From Escherichia phage vB_EcoM_phAPEC6: a DNA stretch of 64,000 nucleotides. The DNA is taken from sequence record MK817115.1, one strand, 5' to 3'. Under the pieces are notes generated by a model. That model made no database searches. It was not told the origin of the DNA and saw only the letters and a program-made list of their open reading frames with translations. Each line of letters begins with the position of its first letter. Positions within the stretch are counted from its first letter, which is position 1. Of the stretch, positions 28,016 to 37,391 are shown one piece after another. Made by a program: the position numbers and the translations under genes.

Positions 28016-28533
28016 AAATTCTTCATCACCAACCCAAGAGATTTAAGATAATTGATTTTAGCAGTGGTTAAGTACTTATCCAGTACTATCAGACACGAAG
28101 GAAATGGTGCTGAATCTGTTTTCTTATCGGGTTCTTCTGGTATACCAAATCGTAATCTTCCCTTAATAAAACAAATACAATCACATATTTTAGCAGCATA
28201 ATCCTGAAAAGCAATTGTGTCGGTTCTTGAGGGTACAAGAATAACTACAGTTGCCCCGTTATTATATGCATCTACTGCTTTAGATAACCAAGTTTTCAAG
28301 TCACTGTATGGTGGATTCAACCAAACTATATTATTTCCCCAATCCTGTGATAGTGAATCATCTTCTGGAGTGAAAAAATTATCACACAATGCAGTCTCAT
28401 CAACACAAGCAGCATCAAGTGTAAATCCCCATAACTCATCCAAATCTTCAAAGAAATCTTTGGGAGTTGTCCAGTTATCTTTTCCAGTACTGAAATGTAC
28501 TGAATGTTTTTTCGAAGCATCCTTCTTCGACAT
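28012..28533 (-). CDS. phage Dam-family DNA N6-adenine methyltransferase
   Basis: WTTP, FTLDAA, WLNPPYS, LVPSRTDT, GRLRF motifs. Confidence 0.75.
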   Translation of the reverse strand: MSKKDASKKHSVHFSTGKDNWTTPKDFFEDLDELWGFTLDAACVDETALCDNFFTPEDDSLSQDWGNNIVWLNPPYSDLKTWLSKAVDAYNNGATVVILVPSRTDTIAFQDYAAKICDCICFIKGRLRFGIPEEPDKKTDSAPFPSCLIVLDKYLTTAKINYLKSLGLVMKNL

Positions 28534-28549
28534 TATATAATTCCTTTTG

Positions 28550-29170
28550 TTAGAGACAGTTGTGTACTATCTTATCAAAAGTACTACTGTCAATGTTATA
28601 TTCATATAAAAATTTAAAATGTGAACCGTAACGCATCATCAGATTAAACTCTTCTTCAGTATTGAACTTGTAATCATGAATAGTCTCAGGGGTACATTTT
28701 AAACCCAAGAACTCTATAATTTCAGATGTTACATCATATCCTGAATTGAAGTATTTAACCCAAACACATTTTCCTTGTGGGTTGTATTTTCTATATTCTC
28801 CTTCTAGTTCTCCTTTAATAATATGAGCCTTAACACTTATTGAATTATTACTATATCTTTCTTCAAAATAATTACCATACTGGGCTTTTGATATTGTTGG
28901 TTTTTGAGTAGGAAGTAATTTAACTGAAGTCACTTCAATTCCATTTTGTAATTCCTTTATATAAGAAATGCATCCTTTTTCTTTAATAACCACATATCCA
29001 GTAAAGATATCTTCGTCTTGTGATTGATTAATGCAATCATCAAAATTCAAAGTTTTATAAGTAACAGTTTTTTCTTTTCTAATAAATGCCATCATTATTC
29101 CTATGGAAACATCAATGAATATACGTGACGTTGATTGCATCAACATCAGTAGAATTATCATGCTACGCAT
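28550..29170 (-). CDS. hypothetical protein (possible MORN-like repeats)
   Basis: ORF track; GYVVIKEKG / GEYRKYNPQGKCVWVKYFNSGY; N-terminus probably over-extended. Confidence 0.4.
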   Translation of the reverse strand: MRSMIILLMLMQSTSRIFIDVSIGIMMAFIRKEKTVTYKTLNFDDCINQSQDEDIFTGYVVIKEKGCISYIKELQNGIEVTSVKLLPTQKPTISKAQYGNYFEERYSNNSISVKAHIIKGELEGEYRKYNPQGKCVWVKYFNSGYDVTSEIIEFLGLKCTPETIHDYKFNTEEEFNLMMRYGSHFKFLYEYNIDSSTFDKIVHNCL

Positions 29171-29708
29171 GTCTAATTCTACAAGTACTATTTTCTTTTA
29201 ATTAATATTGACGGGGTTTGCTTGAGCATATTTCATCCCCCCGCAGGGGAAAGAACAAAAAAATTTGACGCTGGTGGCCTTCACATAGTTCATATCACGA
29301 ATTCTCTTACGAGACGAAAGCGGGTTGCTCTGTTTCTCTCTATCGCGGTTCTTGTAGCAACGGTCGTCGGTCTTAAACATCCCGACACATAATACAAATA
29401 CCATATGACCAGTACTTGTATTTGATTTCACAAAATTTGGACGCAACTATATTGTATAATTCCGACCGCATATTTCTTATGAAATCTCCCTTAGATAATT
29501 GGTAAGGTGCGATCCTTATATGTCTATCGAGGAACTCTCTTTATCCTATTGGAGTTCTTTATACAGCCGCATTGCCGTGAGTGGTTCAAACTATGCCATC
29601 ATCTAACGGGTTTCATCTGCTGTTCGTACTGAAAGGACTACTCATCTACCCTCTACATTTTCGAGTGGATTAGGCTTTTAATCATTTCCTTATGGGAACC
29701 TTTCAGGA
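29171..29708. other. GC-rich non-coding island; candidate structured RNA or regulatory region
   Basis: Hand-counted about 41-50% GC in an otherwise AT-rich window (roughly 35% GC on a 60-nt sample); no convincing ORF; 8-bp inverted repeat CTGAAAGG (29629-29636) / CCTTTCAG (29699-29706). Confidence 0.3.
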
Positions 29709-29745
29709 TTAAAAAAAGGTGACTAACATATTATGTTGTCACCTT
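29709..29745 (-). terminator. rho-independent terminator downstream of 29774..30628
   Basis: AAGGTGAC-(AACAT-ATT-ATGTT)-GTCACCTT hairpin followed by TTTTTTT on minus strand. Confidence 0.65.
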
Positions 29746-29773
29746 ATATTATATCATTAACTTATCATTTGTC

Positions 29774-30628
29774 TCAGTTATATTCGGTTTTTTCTGTGAA
29801 ATTTGTTAGTATATCAACACTAAAACTTCGAATAACCTCAATCCTGCTTGGCATGAAACGATGTTTATTTTTAATATACAACTCATCATCTTCAATAAAA
29901 GACGTAAAAATAAATGTCATATCTTCACGTGGAATTTGTAAAATATCACACATTTCATTTGCCGATGCTACTGGTGAATCGTTGTAGTACTGAGAGTATG
30001 CACTAGATTGGCGACCGATTATAATAGAATTTCTGATTAGAAAATTACTACAGTACTGAAAATCTTTGTAGTACTTTTCAATAATGTACGGCATAAGTGC
30101 TTCTTTCACGTCTTCATAACCATTAGTACTATCAATTGCTATACAGTAATCTTCACGTTCTTTTTTCTCATGATGGTAATCATAAACATACTCAAAGAAT
30201 GAATTTTTATTTAATGAATCATTTAAACCAACTGACCCACTATAGTATGATTTTCTATCATTCATTCGATCATCTGGGCATGATGCATACATAGAAGTGT
30301 CATGTGATGATGTACCAATATAAATTTTCTTAGTAATATGATTATACGCTATGTAATCATAATCTTGAACTCCAGTCAGCATTAACTGGAACATTAAATC
30401 ATCAGGAACATCAATTAACGGGTACTCAAACTTCGAATATCTACTGCGGCAGAAGTTCTTTTCAAATGCTCGGTATGCGATAAAATCTTTTAGATTTTTA
30501 CAAGATTCATGCTCATGAGCACTACTGCTACGTACATTGACATTAGTCGATGTGCAATATCCATCCGAATCTTCGGTGAAGTTACCAGCATAATCCTTAT
30601 TGTAGTCAACGATTAGATAAAGTTTCAT
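29774..30628 (-). CDS. hypothetical protein
   Basis: Start set at ATG 30628 (MKLYLIV); track start 30661 would run through the upstream terminator. Confidence 0.5.
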   Translation of the reverse strand: MKLYLIVDYNKDYAGNFTEDSDGYCTSTNVNVRSSSAHEHESCKNLKDFIAYRAFEKNFCRSRYSKFEYPLIDVPDDLMFQLMLTGVQDYDYIAYNHITKKIYIGTSSHDTSMYASCPDDRMNDRKSYYSGSVGLNDSLNKNSFFEYVYDYHHEKKEREDYCIAIDSTNGYEDVKEALMPYIIEKYYKDFQYCSNFLIRNSIIIGRQSSAYSQYYNDSPVASANEMCDILQIPREDMTFIFTSFIEDDELYIKNKHRFMPSRIEVIRSFSVDILTNFTEKTEYN

Positions 30629-30640
30629 ACATCTCCAGAC

Positions 30641-30673
30641 AAAAAAAGGACGAGATAACAAATCCCGTCCTTT
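30641..30673 (-). terminator. rho-independent terminator downstream of 30680..30985
   Basis: AAAGGACG-(12-nt loop)-CGTCCTTT followed by TTTTTTT on minus strand. Confidence 0.6.
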
Positions 30674-30679
30674 GGTTTA

Positions 30680-30985
30680 TTAGTGACTTGCCCAGCAGTA
30701 AACAGGACGTAGATTTTCCATTGGATTTACTTCAGGCTTCAGTACTGTTACACGTACTTCATATGGAGTTCCATCTGCATGATGGAATGTTTCATAATGA
30801 ATACTTTCAATAAATGTTTCGTATTCTTCTTGTGAACGTGAACGTACTGCTGATGAATATTTCTTCTTAGAATCTGCTTTAAGTGTAACACTGACTAGTT
30901 CTGATTCCTCACCTTCTTCAAGTTTGTTGAAATCGAACTCTGGTACACCTTCAAACATATCAAATTTCATTCCATTGTCTTCCAT
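30680..30985 (-). CDS. small acidic protein
   Basis: ORF track; Glu/Asp-rich. Confidence 0.5.
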   Translation of the reverse strand: MEDNGMKFDMFEGVPEFDFNKLEEGEESELVSVTLKADSKKKYSSAVRSRSQEEYETFIESIHYETFHHADGTPYEVRVTVLKPEVNPMENLRPVYCWASH

Positions 30986-31034
30986 TTTTAAATTCCTTTT
31001 ATATAATGTTAATTAGATATTTTTAATAAGCAGA

Positions 31035-31421
31035 TTAGATTGTGTCATACTGTAGTGTTCCGTGACGGAATTTTTCAAGTCGTGCTAGAACTTCTTTTCG
31101 TTCAACAATTTCTGGAACATCTTCTTGTAGTTGATCACAAACTTCAACAATGAAGTCCCAATCACTCTCACAACTTTGTCGTACCGCCTCAATTGTTTTC
31201 CAATCAGTACTGATATCACCATCAGCATTTTGATATACAGGCCAAACTTTTCCATAATCAGCAATGGATTTGTCATTTAGAATACGAATGGCATTGAAAA
31301 TCTGACCAGTACTGAAGTGTTTTGTATTCTTCATATCTTCTAAACAGCATAGCTTTGGCTCACCTTTTACTTCAATGAGTAAAACACCACCAATTGCTTT
31401 TAGGACTGAACTTGTATTCAT
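31035..31421 (-). CDS. hypothetical protein
   Basis: ORF track. Confidence 0.5.
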   Translation of the reverse strand: MNTSSVLKAIGGVLLIEVKGEPKLCCLEDMKNTKHFSTGQIFNAIRILNDKSIADYGKVWPVYQNADGDISTDWKTIEAVRQSCESDWDFIVEVCDQLQEDVPEIVERKEVLARLEKFRHGTLQYDTI

Positions 31422-31436
31422 CTATATCTCCGTTAT

Positions 31437-31481
31437 CAAAAAAAGATGTGAACATTATATCACAAGAATCTAATATGTTCA
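31437..31481 (-). terminator. rho-independent terminator downstream of 31493..31786
   Basis: TGTGAACAT ... ATGTTCACA inverted repeat followed by TTTTTTT on minus strand. Confidence 0.5.
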
Positions 31482-31492
31482 CATTATTTTCA

Positions 31493-31786
31493 TTAGATTT
31501 TAATAATATTGTACCAGTTATCAAAATCCTCAATTGCTAGAATGAACATATTTTCATCATTGAAATCTAAAATATGTTCATTGTATAGGTAACTAATGTA
31601 CTTGTTTTTGCATAGTCTAGCATTCATTAGTAACATTTCTACTGCACGTTCATAAGAACAAGGAACAAGGTATAACTTAGTACCATCTTGGTGAATAATT
31701 TCCTCAGCACCATGTGGTATAAAACGTTCTGCTGTATGTGGAATATACGGCTTAGTTTTAAAAATAATTTTGAATTTAGTATCCAT
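31493..31786 (-). CDS. hypothetical protein
   Basis: ORF track. Confidence 0.45.
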   Translation of the reverse strand: MDTKFKIIFKTKPYIPHTAERFIPHGAEEIIHQDGTKLYLVPCSYERAVEMLLMNARLCKNKYISYLYNEHILDFNDENMFILAIEDFDNWYNIIKI

Positions 31787-31802
31787 ACCAAATCCTCCAG
31801 AT

Positions 31803-32657
31803 TTATAATGTTTCTTTTATGTTATGTAACATAGTATTAACTATGCACATCTTACCACCTAACTTGTAGTAATATTCTAACTTATTAATAATATTACTTT
31901 TTAATATATCAAATATTTGATATTCATTTGGATCGAAACTAAGTTCGAATTGGAATGTATATAAATTGTTAAAGAGGTGAACTAATGATGCATCTGGTGA
32001 TTCCATTGTAACTGTATATTTTTCACGATAACCAGTACTAATCACTACTTCGGATATATCACCTTTCATGTATATGTCAATATTGTACATCATTGGTCTG
32101 CCTGTGGCAATATCTTTCATGCGAAAGAATGCAGTACTACGATATACAATGCCTTCTGAAACCTGTTCTTGTATAGTGATATTTGAAACTTCACTCTCTT
32201 GGAATTTGGACTCGAATGAATGAGTGTAATTTGTTTTTTCATTATCTGTGTGCATAGTACATGTGTATTTTCCAAAATCATCTCTAGATGTATATGATTT
32301 ATCACTGCTAGTTTTATAGAACGAAACACCATTAATATGTTGTTCTTTATACATCATCGTGTCATGGGATTTGTAGTATGAACAATTAGGTGTTGAAAGA
32401 GATTCAAACTTGTTCACGTCATGACAGTAAGAAATAGAAGAATCGCTATACATTACTACATCACGAATTGCAACTTCTTTTGTAAAACCTTTTTTGACGG
32501 AAATTTGAAAGTCATTGTATGGGAAGATTGTATATCCATCGTATGCATCTGATGTACTGATACCAAATGGTGTAGTAGAATTCAGAAATTCGTTGATATG
32601 TTCAAGTACTGAATACTTTTTAAAATTAAGAAAATCTGAAATATCTAACATATACAA
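31803..32657 (-). CDS. hypothetical protein
   Basis: ORF track. Confidence 0.5.
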   Translation of the reverse strand: MYMLDISDFLNFKKYSVLEHINEFLNSTTPFGISTSDAYDGYTIFPYNDFQISVKKGFTKEVAIRDVVMYSDSSISYCHDVNKFESLSTPNCSYYKSHDTMMYKEQHINGVSFYKTSSDKSYTSRDDFGKYTCTMHTDNEKTNYTHSFESKFQESEVSNITIQEQVSEGIVYRSTAFFRMKDIATGRPMMYNIDIYMKGDISEVVISTGYREKYTVTMESPDASLVHLFNNLYTFQFELSFDPNEYQIFDILKSNIINKLEYYYKLGGKMCIVNTMLHNIKETL

Positions 32658-32674
32658 TCCTCATAAATTTAGAC

Positions 32675-32703
32675 AAAAAATTAGTCGAGAATAAATCTCG
32701 ACT
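32675..32703 (-). terminator. terminator-like hairpin with T-run
   Basis: AGTCGAGA-TTTAT-TCTCGACT then AATTTTTTG on minus strand. Confidence 0.4.
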
Positions 32704-32812
32704 TGTGTTTTACTTTACCATTTTTCATTTCTTTTTTACGATCCACATGTGTGTGAGGCTTGTTAAACTCATTCATGTGTTTCTGTACGAAATTGTTTAC
32801 TTTCTTAGCCAT
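32681..32812 (-). CDS. unlisted small basic protein (43 aa)
   Basis: Own translation MAKKVNNFVQKHMNEFNKPHTHVDRKKEMKNGKVKHKSRFILD; GGAG RBS 6 nt upstream. Confidence 0.35.
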   Translation of the reverse strand: MAKKVNNFVQKHMNEFNKPHTHVDRKKEMKNGKVKHKSRFILD

Positions 32813-32814
32813 AC

Positions 32815-33288
32815 TTACTCCAAACTGGGATCTTTAACTGTTAGACTTTCTATGTCACTCGCATAAAGAACTACATTGGATTGATTTTCAGACACTTTAA
32901 AGTCGTGATAACTGTCTTTGACGATAAAATTATCTAATATAAACCCTTTACTACAGCACATCATAATTTTATCATCTTTGATTGTGTAGGTGTTTTTCTT
33001 TTTACGTACTTCAGATTGTGGCGTAATACTATCGTTATTACGAATAACACAATCAATATATTGTTCATTTGTACTCATAGGCATACCCATGATAAACGAG
33101 TTTTCAGTACTGATTGTTAGTATAAAAACGTTAGTATTTGGGTTGTGAAAAAAATCATGCATTGTCTTGCTACACAAAAATAGACATTGAATAATGTCCT
33201 TCACATTAAACATTATATCATGAACTTTGAATGCGTCCAACTCTAAAATGTCATCAATTTTCCCATTTTCAACAGTTTTAATCTCCAT
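32815..33288 (-). CDS. hypothetical protein
   Basis: ORF track. Confidence 0.5.
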   Translation of the reverse strand: MEIKTVENGKIDDILELDAFKVHDIMFNVKDIIQCLFLCSKTMHDFFHNPNTNVFILTISTENSFIMGMPMSTNEQYIDCVIRNNDSITPQSEVRKKKNTYTIKDDKIMMCCSKGFILDNFIVKDSYHDFKVSENQSNVVLYASDIESLTVKDPSLE

Positions 33289-33330
33289 GATCTATCCTTG
33301 ATCTTCTAATGCACTCCATGTGCGTTTTTA

Positions 33331-33828
33331 TTAAGTCACTGCATTATACTTCTCTATAGCATTAGTAATATTTAATATAGCTTCAGGAACCATTTCTTTA
33401 TTGTATTCACGTTTTAAATTTTCCATTTTCTTAATAATTTCCAAGAAAAATGGCAAAATGCATGAAGTATCTGTGAAATTACATGAGTACAAAGTACTCA
33501 TTTGAAATAATTCACCTGAATCAATATTAAGAGATTTGTATTCCTTAACAATGTTTTCGTTTGTATTGAAAATATGAAATACTGTTCCCATGTGATGAAG
33601 ATATACACCATTCTCATTTTGAATATTGCATGGTGTGATTACAATAGCAGTGTTGTCAATATTATTTACTATTGATAAACGTAGACTATGTAAACCTAAA
33701 ATAACAGTACAATCACTTGAACTGCTTTGAATTTGGTCAGCAGTTTGTGTAACACTTGTAATATTTTCCCCATCAAGACAACTCTTGATTTTATCAAATG
33801 AATTTTTCATTGATTTAGTTAGATACAT
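33331..33828 (-). CDS. EE-FQ family paralogue
   Basis: SGELFQMSTLYS. Confidence 0.5.
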   Translation of the reverse strand: MYLTKSMKNSFDKIKSCLDGENITSVTQTADQIQSSSSDCTVILGLHSLRLSIVNNIDNTAIVITPCNIQNENGVYLHHMGTVFHIFNTNENIVKEYKSLNIDSGELFQMSTLYSCNFTDTSCILPFFLEIIKKMENLKREYNKEMVPEAILNITNAIEKYNAVT

Positions 33829-34232
33829 TTATGAACACCTTCGAAATATTTGATTAATGATTTTATCTTATCGCTACTAATGCCATGTAAGTCAACACCT
33901 AAACACTCGTATTGAAAAAAATCAATATCCTCAAGCGTGTTTAGATCAATTTCCACCTTATCATGACCCAACGAATTCATAATAACGTTTTTATCATTAA
34001 TTGTCAAGAAAGTTTTTTTATCTGAACCTAAAAAGATTTTTACGTGTTTTTTTGGCATTACATCATAAGATAAAGATTGTGAACCATAAATGTATATGCC
34101 TTCCATTGAACCAATATCTATAAAATATAGACGAATCCCTTTGTGGTATTTTGACTCCTTAGTGATCGCCTCTATTAGTTCATCTGTGGTTGTTAACCTT
34201 GTTTCTTTCTTCTCTAAATTGCTCAAATGCAT
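33819..34232 (-). CDS. hypothetical protein
   Basis: ORF track. Confidence 0.45.
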   Translation of the reverse strand: MHLSNLEKKETRLTTTDELIEAITKESKYHKGIRLYFIDIGSMEGIYIYGSQSLSYDVMPKKHVKIFLGSDKKTFLTINDKNVIMNSLGHDKVEIDLNTLEDIDFFQYECLGVDLHGISSDKIKSLIKYFEGVHKCI

Positions 34233-34653
34233 AAAATAATACCTTGATCATTTGTAATGTTTCTGACATTACATCAGCAGAAAATTGAACATCAGTGTAT
34301 TTTACCATAGTACTTTGAGTAAAGAAAGTAGCTTCAATATCATCAAGGTCAAATGGTTCATCAAATAAATTAGTACTGAACATATCAGTTTTTTTCTTAT
34401 AAGTCAACATAAACTTAGCACTGTATCTCAATACAATTTCATCTTTACTTACTAAAATTCGTGCAATGTTCTGTCTACCCAGTGTTGTAATGTTAACATT
34501 AAACGTATTCTTTCGTGCCTCAACAATATCAACGAAATAACCATCACCTTGGTAAACGTTATGACGAACTTCTAATCCTTGTTGAACTGTATTGAACAGT
34601 GCGTCCTGGATAAAATAATTTGCAGTATCGATGTTTCCTAAAATATCTAACAT
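34180..34653 (-). CDS. hypothetical protein, divergent EE-FQ-like
   Basis: DIEATFFTQSTMVKY. Confidence 0.45.
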   Translation of the reverse strand: MLDILGNIDTANYFIQDALFNTVQQGLEVRHNVYQGDGYFVDIVEARKNTFNVNITTLGRQNIARILVSKDEIVLRYSAKFMLTYKKKTDMFSTNLFDEPFDLDDIEATFFTQSTMVKYTDVQFSADVMSETLQMIKVLFYAFEQFREERNKVNNHR

Positions 34654-35183
34654 AACTTCTCCTTTATAGCTGTCATATTTAGAAGAAATTCAGTAAGCAA
34701 TTCCTCCGTAACATGCTCTGTATACCAGAATATCACAATATCTTTTGAAAGTCGTGTATTCATAAAAATATCTACTAACTCTTTGTAGTACTCTAGCGTT
34801 TCGAGATTTGTGAGAATTAACGAGTACTGAAAGAGTAATTCTTCAGTTAGATTAAATTCTGGATAAAGTAAATCATTGAACTCATGTGATGCAGTTTGAA
34901 CTTGAATTCGGTCAAAGTTATTGGTTATACAACCGGAATAAATATTTCGGTGCAACTCTCTGTACAACGCAGCATAATCTATGAATTTTGCTTTAGGGTT
35001 AAAATCAAGAACACTTTCACCTTTATATGACAATCGGTGGAACGCCGAGAACATAGTCACTTCCCACGGTTGCCTAATATCTAGCTCAGTGATATCAATA
35101 TTATTGGACAGAAGAACCGTAAAAATCTCACCAATCTTTAATAGTAATTTTGTACGTGCCAGTGCTACCATCGGGTCAGTCAT
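34647..35183 (-). CDS. EE-FQ family paralogue
   Basis: TEELLFQYSLIL. Confidence 0.55.
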   Translation of the reverse strand: MTDPMVALARTKLLLKIGEIFTVLLSNNIDITELDIRQPWEVTMFSAFHRLSYKGESVLDFNPKAKFIDYAALYRELHRNIYSGCITNNFDRIQVQTASHEFNDLLYPEFNLTEELLFQYSLILTNLETLEYYKELVDIFMNTRLSKDIVIFWYTEHVTEELLTEFLLNMTAIKEKLC

Positions 35184-35596
35184 TATACACCTTCATATTC
35201 ATCAAGAAAATCTTCGATAATCATTTCAGCTTCATCCATATGCATAGCATCAACTTCAATGATGCGAACTTTAGATGCATCCCAAATCATATAACTAGGA
35301 ACATTATCAGGCTCGTAGTCATTTTTGTACTGAACAGCATCGTAACCTTTCGAAATACAATGTTCAATTAGTGCACGCCACTCATCATCACTACCTAAAT
35401 CTTCACACAGAAGCACGTTATCAACATCAACTTCTAAGGTATGCAAGTATACTGTACATGCGTCTACTACGTTCAGTGGGCTTCTCAGCTTGCGTAAGGC
35501 AGCTTCCAAAGCACTGTGTTTGCCTCCCATATGAAGTCCACCATACGGGATATAAAAGTTATCAATTTTTACAGTACTCGCATGATACAGTTTCAT
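35183..35596 (-). CDS. hypothetical protein
   Basis: ORF track. Confidence 0.45.
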   Translation of the reverse strand: MKLYHASTVKIDNFYIPYGGLHMGGKHSALEAALRKLRSPLNVVDACTVYLHTLEVDVDNVLLCEDLGSDDEWRALIEHCISKGYDAVQYKNDYEPDNVPSYMIWDASKVRIIEVDAMHMDEAEMIIEDFLDEYEGV

Positions 35597-35605
35597 ATTT
35601 CATTC

Positions 35606-36190
35606 CTATTTCAGTACTTTAGTCAATGCTTTCACAGCGGTTTCGAGTTGAGCATAGTCGTTAATTGTAAGGTAATGAATACCATGTGCATTCATTTCAG
35701 CATCTATTTTATTATATAAATCAAACATGTCAAGGATATGATTGTATGCATATGAAGTATTTGAAACACACAATTCTTGGAACAAACGTTCTTCCAAGTC
35801 ATTCACAACTTCTCCATGAATATCAAGTACTACACCATCTTTGTAAGTGTAGTACTCTTCACTCCACTCTTCAGAAAGTCGGAACAGTAACGGATTCCCG
35901 CCGAACACTTCCATGTCATAGGAATTTATCTCACTAAGTAGTGTTTCACCTGGTTCTGGTGTGAAGTCAAAATATGCGAGTGTTGTACCATCATAGTCCT
36001 TGAGTGATATACCAGTATGATTTAAGGTTACTTCACCATAATTATTATTCTTGAACTTGATTTTGATATTAATCTCAATGTATTTTATTGTCTCATCATC
36101 ACTGAAATTGTAATCAATTTTATACTTTTTCCAAAGAAGTTTGATATCTTTGAAGTACTTTAATTTACTTTCAATTTCTTTAAAGTCCAT
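35606..36190 (-). CDS. EE-FQ family paralogue (divergent)
   Basis: EERLFQELCVS. Confidence 0.5.
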   Translation of the reverse strand: MDFKEIESKLKYFKDIKLLWKKYKIDYNFSDDETIKYIEINIKIKFKNNNYGEVTLNHTGISLKDYDGTTLAYFDFTPEPGETLLSEINSYDMEVFGGNPLLFRLSEEWSEEYYTYKDGVVLDIHGEVVNDLEERLFQELCVSNTSYAYNHILDMFDLYNKIDAEMNAHGIHYLTINDYAQLETAVKALTKVLK

Positions 36191-36782
36191 CTGGAACCAC
36201 CATTTCTTGAATGTGCTTACATTTTATATTTGCCATATTGGTATGTAATATAATGCTGTGTTTACGCAATGATTTTACTTTGTAGCACTCATTGAGTACC
36301 GAAATAATTCCCCATAACTCTTCTACACTAATAGTGATAGGTTCACTTGTACTCAGTTGCATCAGTGCTGCTTGAACATCATCTTTGTTATTAATAGTGA
36401 ACTGGATTCCTCTTTTGAGAATTTTAGTTTTTGGATTGTACTCAGCTAATACATCACCTTCTGGATAACCCTCATGAAGTAATAATGTTGTTTCAAAATC
36501 ACCGCAGTTGAAGTTAATTTCATCATAATCAGGTACACAAATGTTCCCTTCCCCGTACTCATTAGGTTCAGATTCTAGTGTTAAAATACGCTGAGTCTCA
36601 TTGCTCAGGATGATAGAATCATTCCAGTACTGGGTAGTGAATGCTCTACGTTTCTTTTGAAAGCACATACTCGACATTGACCCATACTTCTTGTATATGG
36701 ACTTCTTGAACTCAATAGCAGCAGGAGCCACCTTGATAACTTCACGAATTAAGTCAATAGCTTCTTGATAACTTTTTCTCAT
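36180..36782 (-). CDS. hypothetical protein
   Basis: ORF track. Confidence 0.45.
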   Translation of the reverse strand: MRKSYQEAIDLIREVIKVAPAAIEFKKSIYKKYGSMSSMCFQKKRRAFTTQYWNDSIILSNETQRILTLESEPNEYGEGNICVPDYDEINFNCGDFETTLLLHEGYPEGDVLAEYNPKTKILKRGIQFTINNKDDVQAALMQLSTSEPITISVEELWGIISVLNECYKVKSLRKHSIILHTNMANIKCKHIQEMVVPDGL

Positions 36783-37330
36783 TTATCGTATCCATATAAA
36801 ATATGATCTAGTGTACTTTGGACTTCTTCATGAAAGAATGAAGGGTAAACTTGTATTAATTTATCTTTAAGTTCAAGGGAATGGCATAGTTCTAATGTTT
36901 TGTAACAATCCTCGTACTGTGCCAGATCATGTAATGTACTTAACTGAAAATGTTGTTCTTCGGAGTACAATAAATCATAAACCATATTATCGGATAAAAG
37001 ATTAGATTTGATTGAAGGATCAAGTACTGTCTGGTGGTGACCAACCCAAAAGATAGCTTTTGAGTTAATGTTATTACAACCCCATCCTTTCCCCATCTTT
37101 TGGTGAATAGCAAATACACAGGAATCATACAAATTAATGCTCAGACGTTCTTCGTCTGCATGGATAGTTACACCATCAATAGATAGTGTATATTTGAAAT
37201 CCATAGCCCCCTCACTTCGTGCACGAGAACTAAAGACCAGATATCGATGAATTATGGTATTGATTTTATCTGTCCATCCATCAACACATTTGGATGCACA
37301 TAATGTAAAAAGATCATGATTGTAGTTCAT
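36779..37330 (-). CDS. EE-FQ family paralogue
   Basis: EEQHFQLSTLHD. Confidence 0.55.
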   Translation of the reverse strand: MNYNHDLFTLCASKCVDGWTDKINTIIHRYLVFSSRARSEGAMDFKYTLSIDGVTIHADEERLSINLYDSCVFAIHQKMGKGWGCNNINSKAIFWVGHHQTVLDPSIKSNLLSDNMVYDLLYSEEQHFQLSTLHDLAQYEDCYKTLELCHSLELKDKLIQVYPSFFHEEVQSTLDHILYGYDK

Positions 37331-37360
37331 AAAATTCTCCTTTAGGACAATGTATCATAC

Positions 37361-37386
37361 AAAAATACCAGAGTCAACCCCTGGTA
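37361..37386 (-). terminator. rho-independent terminator downstream of 37392..37973
   Basis: TACCAG-(9-nt loop)-CTGGTA then TTTTTG on minus strand. Confidence 0.4.
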
Positions 37387-37391
37387 CGAAT

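Noticed and set aside
29198-29446. 82-aa ORF inside the GC-rich island
   Set aside because: It sits in a compositionally atypical non-coding-looking region and I saw no start context; more likely non-coding.
29171-29708. tRNA genes in the GC-rich island
   Set aside because: Searched both strands for T-loop (GTTCRANYC) and D-loop signatures with flanking complementary stems; none found.
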